In this document: positions 55,871 to 64,000 of the stretch, piece after piece | Layout: every line of letters starts with the position of its first letter | Position numbering within the stretch: position 1 is the first letter of the stretch | Origin: Eledone cirrhosa | Taxonomy: Eukaryota | Assembly: GCA_964016885.1 (NCBI GenBank) | Contig: OZ024745.1 | Span: 22,940,001-23,004,000, forward strand | Direction of reading: 5' to 3' | DNA: 64,000 nt | Made by a program: the position numbers and the translations under genes | Notes under the pieces: model-generated | Seen by the model: the letters and a program-made list of their open reading frames with translations, nothing else | What the model was told of the DNA's origin: nothing | Database searches by the model: none

Positions 55871-56792
55871 GTGCACACATAAACACCCAAGGCTACATTT
55901 AAAAGATGGCTCCCCCTTTACATGACAGAGACGCTCGTACTGAAGCTAGTTTTACTGTTAATATAACACCATCTACACTTATGAACTATCCCATTACATA
56001 CTATCCAATTAAATCTCCTCCATAGCTCGCCATTTCTCGTGTGTTTTAAACCTATCGGGTGTTGGGTGAAAACAGATCATAAGGATAAGGATTCCTACTT
56101 TAGAGACAAGGCCGACAAATTTGAGGAAAGAGTAAACTTGATTAAATCAACCCCAGTACATGACTGGTACTTTATATTTTATAGACCATGTAAAGATGAA
56201 TAGCAAAGTTGACTTTGGCGTGATTTGAACTCAGAAATACCGCAATAGCATTTGATCCGATACTTTACTAATTCTCTTAGTTTTCAACTAGCAACTGACA
56301 GGACCTGTTGGAAGGAGTACTTAAGGACTCTGATCCCCCGCCCCCAACACACACACGACCCTCCCAGAAATAAGTGAGGAAGAAGAAGTTCTACTAATTC
56401 TGCCAATCCACCACTCCCTTCAAACTATAAGAATATTGCCTGTGTATGTATCTAGGGTAAAATACTTTCTCCAGCTGTAAAACAGATGTCATAGCGTCTG
56501 TGCCAAACGGACCGATTATCTGTACCTGATATGACGTCACAGGAACCCCATTTTTTTCACAACTACTCTATTATACTAACACAGTTCTGCCATGCGTGGA
56601 TAGGTCATGCAGTACCTTCAGTAATAGATCTCCACTTAATGCCGTAGAGGATGTGAAACTGTTTGAAGGAATATGTTGTTGCTATGGTGTGAGGATTAGT
56701 GTAAGACGGTGAGGTGGGGGGGGGGCAAAAAGGACTTTCGATGGGGGTAAGGAAAGGTGTTATATATTATTATTACTGGGGGGGGGCGTTAT

Positions 56793-57390
56793 GGGCGGTC
56801 GATTGGCAGTATCGGTAGAGAGTTGGACAATGTGATTTGTGGCATATAGTTACGTCCCTTTACATTCTGAGTTCAAATCCCGCAGTGATTAGCTTTGCCT
56901 TTAATCGTTACAATAAAATAAAGTACCAGTAATGTGTGGCTGAGTGGTTAGAGAACTGGATTCGCAATCGTGAAGTTGTCAGTTCGATTCTTGGACCAGG
57001 CGATGCGTTGTCTCCTTGAGCAAGACACTTTATTTCACGTTGCTCTTTCTACCTGGAGTTGTGACCGATAGATAGTATTAGCAATTGGAAAGATGAACGG
57101 AAACATTGTTTCCTCGGTCTGATTTGACGAAAGTCGATCAACAAATTATTAATGTATTGAGGTCGATGTATTCGACTTTCCCTTCCCCCCATATTGTTGG
57201 CCTTGTACCTAAATCAGAAACCATTGTTACTGAGAGTGATAGGGCAGTGTATTGACAATTCATTACAGAGTCTGATAAAATTCATTTTGCGGCATTTAGT
57301 TATGTCCCTCTATGTACTGAATTCAAATCTCACCGGGTTCGGATTGCCCTTCATCCGTCTTAGGATCTATAAAATCAAATACCAGTCATA
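56793..57390 (+). mobile_element. SINE cluster: Nin/Deu SINE interrupted by a CORE-like SINE (56933-57140)
   Basis: The Nin/Deu SINE breaks at gtaccagtaatgt and resumes at aatgtattgaggtcgat (~57150). Confidence 0.7.
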
Positions 57391-57929
57391 CGAACGTCCA
57401 AACAGGTTGGAAGAAAAGTTGTAATGTTGAAGGCTGTTATGTGGTACTTTTGTCACGAATGTTAATTAGTAATTGGAACAAATAGCTAAATAGAGACACA
57501 AATAAACGTGAGGCTTTACTGGTGGGGGGGGGGGGGGAATGTTGTTGTTAGTGGCGGTGGTATTGATGGTGGTAGTGATAAAATAAAATACCAGTCATAT
57601 TGTTCATCCTCCTGTTGCCAAAGAAACATAAATAAATAAACATTAAGTAAAACACTTAAATCGATTTAATCGTTAAAATCAATACCAGAGAACATTTATA
57701 TATTTGAATGCTATATTGATTTACATACATGTAATCTAATGTATGTAAATATCGTTTAATTACTCCTGATGGAGTCGTAGGGACGCCATAGTAGCATACG
57801 ATGTATCTCAGATATTTTAAACATGGCGGACTCAATCCCCTCTTTAGGTGTGAAGACACAACTGATTTTTTCTTCCGGAGAGAAAGGAAGGGGTGTGAGG
57901 GAGGGGGTGCAGTAAGAGATATAGAGGAA

Positions 57930-58360
57930 GAATCGATCCCTGTACTAGACTAGAACATTTTTTTCTATCAACAGCGAAAGGATGAAATGCAAAGTTGACT
58001 TCGGTGGGATTTGAACTCAAAGAGCAGAGAGCCGGAACTAATACCGCAAAACATTTTATCTGATGTTCTAACGACTCTGCTTATTTGCCGTCTATGTAAC
58101 CAAATAAGGACCCATTTAATACTATTTTGTCTACGGAAGGAAAAGTAATTATATTTGTGAAAAATGCAATTAAAAATAATTGTTTCTACTTTTGGCACAA
58201 GGCCAGCAAATGCCCAGTACATTACTAGTACTTTATTTTATCGACCCCGTAAGGATGAAAGGCAAAGTTAACCTCAGCGGGATTTGAACTCAGTCCATAA
58301 AGGGGCATAACTGTGCTGCAAAGCATGGTGTCCGACCCTCTACCGATACTGCCAATCCAC
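57930..58360 (-). mobile_element. Two Nin/Deu-type SINE copies
   Basis: Reverse-complement consensus motifs. Confidence 0.8.
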
Positions 58361-58450
58361 CAAGTGACATTCTATTGACTTATATGGCTGAATCGTTAAA
58401 GCGTCGGATACTTCTGATGCTCTGAATTGAAATAGGACCGAAATCCATTT

Positions 58451-58509
<59 letters not shown>

Positions 58510-58677
58510 CCTGCCAGTACTTGGATGTTTTGCTGGATAAATAAATGGAAACAAAGGTGAGACAGAGTTTGTTTGCATTCGTAACTTCATCAGCTCCTAA
58601 AACTCTTAACGATAGTGTGCTACATACTACCAACTCATGCTTATATTATAAGAAAGGTCTTTATTTTGATGTCTCTT

Positions 58678-58775
58678 GTCTTCTGGAGGTATGGCCTATC
58701 TTCTGGAGGTATGGTCTGTCTTCTGGAGGTATGGTCTGTATTCTGGAGGTATTGTCTTTCTTCTGGAGGTATTGT
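58678..58775. repeat. 20-bp tandem repeat cttctggaggtatggtctgt, five copies
   Basis: Direct tandem units. Confidence 0.85.
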
Positions 58776-60008
58776 CAAAATAGGGCCTCGAAACCCAATC
58801 ATTCGGTATGTTTCCACAGAGTTCTCACAGCTGAGTGCACATTTACCACTACTTTAGAATACCTAGTTAGTAAATAGTTAGAACAATTACACACTCAGTT
58901 AAGACCGATTACGCGCACTCACCATTACTTTAGAATACCCTAACCATAGAGTTCTCTCAGTTAGTAAATAGTTAGACGTATTACACACTCAGTTAAGAAG
59001 GATTACGCTCTTTATACATAATTCTACACACAGTACCCGGTTTCTTTAGACACGGAGTTCCCACAGTTATAACTGGTCACGATCCTATCAATTGAATACT
59101 ACACTAGGTTTTGGGTCTGTGATCCTCTAGCCATCAATGGGCCCATGACATTTACACACATCCCTGGGGTTTTGTTATTTTATTTTATTTTATTTTATTT
59201 CTATTTTTGTGTTGGGTAACACACCTCCACCACTCAAACACTTATCTTAAAAGCTCGATGGCCCATATGACGGGAAAACGCACACACTGACACCTTAACT
59301 CAAATACCCAACCCTACATGGAGCCCCTTGGTGGCCTACATGACGGGTGCTTGCACGCACAGACTCGGGGACTCAGATTCTCAACGGGACAACCGCACAT
59401 ACAGAGTTCGATACGAGCTGACTACTTGATCTACACATGGATGTGTATATACCAAAACATACACTATTTAGACGATACGGATGTTACAATTTAATCGATA
59501 CACGTATAGCAGAACGTTGAACGGAATTTACTTGCATGTGTATAGGGTTGTGGTTGACCAAATTTTTCTAATTTACATCGTGAAAATTGAGATTTGACCA
59601 ATATAACATTTGTTGTTTTGAAACCTAACTTTCGGTGCATACTATTAAGTATATATATTTTTTCTCTGACCTCGCTCTGGTGTGTATGAGTGTGTGTACT
59701 CACTCACACTAATTGTGACCGAGATTAGACCTGTCCAGCGTCTTTTACAGCTATTGAGAGATAGAGACTTGATGGATTTATGACCCTGACTGAAGACGAT
59801 AGCAGTTTGCGTGTTTTAGCTGCTGAATCTTCATATTCATTATTCACCTGATGTGGTCAGTGATAATCTAATCGATCATGACCACACGAGCGATCTATCT
59901 CTTATTGAAACATGTGTCGTGATTAAAATGATTGGAAATTTATACCATGCTAACAAAAGTTTATTGGACCGTATGACACAACCAAAATACACCTTACTAT
60001 ATAACAAC

Positions 60009-60067
<59 letters not shown>

Positions 60068-60069
<2 letters not shown>

Positions 60070-60260
60070 CGAAGGAAATGTGGTAAGGAACCAGGTGGAC
60101 CATAACGCACCAAAGTACTCAATACTTAGGGTAGTACAGTGGGTAATAGGAACGAGTAGGACCCCGACGGCTGAGCTCAAGCCGTTTCGACGGCTAATTC
60201 ACTCCAGAATTAGCCGTCGAAACGGCTTGAGCTCAGCCGTCGGGGTCCTACTTGTTCCTA
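60068..60260. mobile_element. Family D element with a fold-back inversion
   Basis: ~60147-60200 and 60207-60260 form a near-perfect hairpin. Confidence 0.8.
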
Positions 60261-60269
60261 TATATATAT

Positions 60270-61016
60270 ACGGTTAGCTTTCCTCTTTGTTGTTACTTGT
60301 CTCACTCGCTTTACGCGTTTTAATTGTCCTAATAACTTAATTTAGTTATTATTGCACCAACATGAGGTATATGATTTTTAATACAATGAAATATCTATGA
60401 TCGTTGGCAAATCACTGATGAGGGACTCATTTTATAACATGTTATCCATGTGCAACCTGCAGTATTCTTCTCCCCATTTTTTCACATATATTTACCTAAA
60501 CTTCGATTCTGTTTTTCTCTCTCTCTCTCTTACTGCTCCCTCGTTCTCTCTGTTTCTCTTACTTTCTTTCGCCCCCTCTGTCATGTCAGTTAACACTTTC
60601 TCTCTACTGACCTCTTCCTCACACTTCCACTCACTCACTCACTGTTTCTCCCCTTCTCACTTCACCCCGTTCGCGACGAAAACAATTTCCTTCTTTCTTA
60701 CATTTGGATTCATCTCGAAAGGTCTTTTTTCTACGCGCTCATATATTCACCCAGCTTAAGCTGACAGAATAACTATGTAGCTTGTGCCTCTTCCTATCTA
60801 CGGTTAGCTTTTCTCTTTGTTGTTTACTTGTCTCACTCGCTTTATGCGTTTTAATTGTCCTAATAACTTAATTTAGTTATTATTGCACCAACGTGAGGTA
60901 TATGATTTTTAATGCAATGAAATATCTATGATCGTTAGCAAATCACTGATGAGGGACTCATTTTATAACATGTTATCCATGTACAACCTGCAGTATTCTT
61001 CTCCCCATTTTTTCAT
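60270..61016 (+). mobile_element. Family A element in partial tandem (period ~531 bp) with two permuted-HHR motifs (60324-60426, 60855-60957)
   Basis: 60270-60490 repeated at 60800-61016. Flanked by (TA)n. Confidence 0.8.
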
Positions 61017-61036
61017 ATATATATATATATATATAT

Positions 61037-62262
61037 ATATTTATTAAAATAACAGATTAAAGTTTAAGCAAAGAATCGCTGCTTTCACCCTTAACGGGAT
61101 CTTCTGAAACTAACAAAGTCAATCTGTAAACGCAGAACTGGATATTTCAAAAAACGTTGCAACCGGAGGAAGACAGGAAGACGATACTTTGGTTCGTGGC
61201 AACGTTCGCTGGCAAAGAACGGGAAAAAACGAATAATACGTCATTAATAGGAGCGGTGAAAAACAATTACGCGCAAAGACAAAACCACGTTTATGGTATA
61301 AAAGAGGTCGTAGACTAATGTTCTCTTAGGTGGTGCATAGAGACGTTCTCTGGCAATGAACGAAAAAACGAAGATAATAAGTCATATGTGGAGCGTGGAG
61401 AACAATAGCACGCAAAGACAAAACCACGTAAATGGTATAGCAGAAATCGTAGACTAAAATTCTAACTAGGAGACCAAATGAATCTCCGCTACAGAGTTAA
61501 GAACAAAGTAAATAAATACAATACAGAAGTAATAGGAACAAATAAATACATACACGCAAACAGATACGTACATACACAAGCATACGCAAAACCTTACCAT
61601 GGGTATACAAAACCACGCGCATATAAATATGTGTGTGTGTGTATGCTTGTGTACAAATAAATAAATAATTATATAAACGTATATAAGTAAATAAATACGT
61701 ATATAACAAGCGCACACGCATACCTACATATAAATACACGAATGTTCGGAGACGTAAGTCAACTAAAACAAGAAGTACACATATACACACACCCACCATA
61801 CGTACGAACCTGCACACTCACGCGGACGCAAAACTCCCGTATACACATAGCCAAACCCTAAATACCAGAATATGTAAAAATTATACGCTATAACAGTCAA
61901 ATATACGTACGAGAAGGTATACATACCTTCACAAAACATACGGGTAATATATACTTACCTATGAAAATACGTAAAGGAATAAACAAAACATATACTTAGC
62001 TCCCACATCAAGACGTAAAATATCCACGTATAGATCGTGCTATCCGTTAGGGTATAACGTGGGGCTGTAATACAGGAAAGTTTTGTGCAATTTATGTTTG
62101 AAATATCCAGTTCTGCGTTTACAGATTGACTTTATTAGTTTCAGAAGATCCCGTTAAGGGTGAAAGCAGCGATTCTTTGCTTAAACTTTAATCCGTTATT
62201 TTAATAAATATTTGCTCTACGATTCTTATATATTTGATATATATTTTCCTTATCGAGCCCTC
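61037..62262. mobile_element. Family C element with ~112-bp inverted arms, each containing a CAGAAGA-core HHR fold
   Basis: 61037-61149 is the reverse complement of 62098-62210. Confidence 0.75.
62137..62187 (+). ncRNA. Type I hammerhead fold with U4A core variant
   Basis: aguuu CAGAAGA U CCC guuaa GGG U GAA AGCA gcgauucuu UGCU U^ aaacu. Confidence 0.6.
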
Positions 62263-62267
62263 TTTTT

Positions 62268-62642
62268 AGCATAGTTACGTCCCTTTACAGTCTGAGTTCA
62301 AATCCCGCCGGGGTTAACTTTGCCTTTCATCCTTACGGTGTCGATAAAATGAAGTACCAGTAATGTACTAGGTAATTGCTGGCCTTGTGCCTAAAGTAGA
62401 AACAATTATATTATATTATTATATTATTATATTTCATTATCTTATTATAATTTTAGGGCGGTGAATTGGCAGTATTGGTAGAGGGTCAGACATGCTTTCC
62501 AGCGTAGTTACGTCCCTTTACGATCTGAGTTCAAATCCCGCCGAGGTTAACTTTGCCTTTCATCCTTACAGGGTCGATAAAATAAAGTACCAGTAATACA
62601 CTGGGTTTTTGCTGGCCTTGTGCCAAAAGTAGAAACAATTAT
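62268..62642 (+). mobile_element. Two Nin/Deu-type SINE copies
   Basis: A truncated copy at 62268-62408 and a full copy at 62456-62642. Confidence 0.85.
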
Positions 62643-63780
62643 CTTATTATAATTTTCATCTTTAATATACTATCTTTCCTAGTCATTACCATGATTTATA
62701 TTCACCTAAAAACTCCATACAGCACAACTCAACATTTAATTTTTACATTCCTTTTAAACTTCACTATACCATATACATTCAACTATCAATTAACAATCCC
62801 TTTTTTCCTCATAGGTTCTTTATAGCAATTCTATTTTTAACACCATTCAACCATTCCTTTCAAAGGGTCATGACCTCAACTAAAGTGAGTTATTTTTCAT
62901 CTTAACATCATATGGGAAAAAAACAATTTGATTGGTTTGTTCTTCAGCTACCTCCAAATAAGGTCATAGAACTCAATTTACTACTGATTTTGAATAAAAT
63001 TCTCATTGCTTTTGACAACAGCTGATGATATACACGTAGGTAAATATATTCTTTATCTGATATTTTGTAACTAACCTTACATAGATCGATAACGAAATAT
63101 GAGTACGATGTATTATTATCACCTAGAAACGATCGTAAAGCACTGAAGTATATTTCTAATGACTTGAATTTTGATTTCATTGTTTTAACTTATATATATA
63201 TATATATATGTGTGTGTGTGAGTGTGTATAAATATATCTACGTGTGCATTTATTTTGTGAGTGTGTGTGTTTGTTGTTTTTCTTTGTTTTGTTTAAGTTT
63301 TAGTTAGTGTGTGTCTGTCCATGTGTGTATATTTCTATATATTTGTTTTATGTGTATGTCTTTTTAAGCATCTGTATGCATTTAAACAAGAGTGAGTGTG
63401 TATGTGTGTAAGTATGTGTTTGTGTACGTATGTCATTGGTGAGTTTTCTCTTTTTGTTTTCTTAGTTAATGCATGTGTCGTCGTCTGTGTGTGTATGTGC
63501 GCTTGTTTGTGTGTTGTGTGTGTATGTGTGTCAAAGTATATTATGTGTATGTTTGTATATATATATATATATATTCACACACACACGAATAATATATATA
63601 TATATACATATATATATATACATATATATATATACATATATATATATACATATATATATATATAAATATATATATATATACATGTATATATATATACATA
63701 TATATATATATACATATATATATATACATATATATATATAGATACATATATATATATATACAAACATAAGTATATATATG

Positions 63781-63836
<56 letters not shown>

Positions 63837-63926
63837 CATGTGTGTATATATATATACACACACACATGCACACACATATATCTATATATATATATATATA
63901 CATACATACATACATACATACATACA

Positions 63927-63992
<66 letters not shown>

Positions 63993-64000
63993 AACAAGCA

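Noticed and set aside
59844-59922. Intact hammerhead
   Set aside because: Stems I and III and the GUC site are present, but the core reads CUGAUGU and the base of stem II is unpaired. It is probably a deleted copy and is counted only as a relic.
62944-63180. 78-aa ORF as a gene
   Set aside because: No recognisable motif or splice support.

Overview
Gene-poor, AT-rich eukaryotic (metazoan) DNA made almost entirely of repeats. The SINE families and microsatellite density look cephalopod/octopus-like, but that is an inference. Most ORFs in the supplied track are translations of microsatellites. Recognisable content: a 58-bp satellite with a 1780-bp higher-order duplication; a Naiad-type Penelope-like retroelement (RT + GIY-YIG) with a large inverted arm; a near full-length decayed RTE LINE ending in three C2H2 zinc fingers, with an L1/Tx1 fragment inside its 5' UTR; three ~600-bp non-autonomous RTE derivatives; CRE-like and RTE fragments; non-autonomous Helitrons; a mariner MITE; and many tRNA-derived SINEs. 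The most notable signal is that many short unique islands between (TA)n tracts carry hammerhead ribozyme (HHR) folds from several unrelated families. One family, with 4 copies in 2 diverged subfamilies, appears to be a non-circularly permuted, multiply pseudoknotted hammerhead supported by compensatory base changes. No confident host gene was found. All RNA folds were made by eye and need computational and biochemical confirmation.
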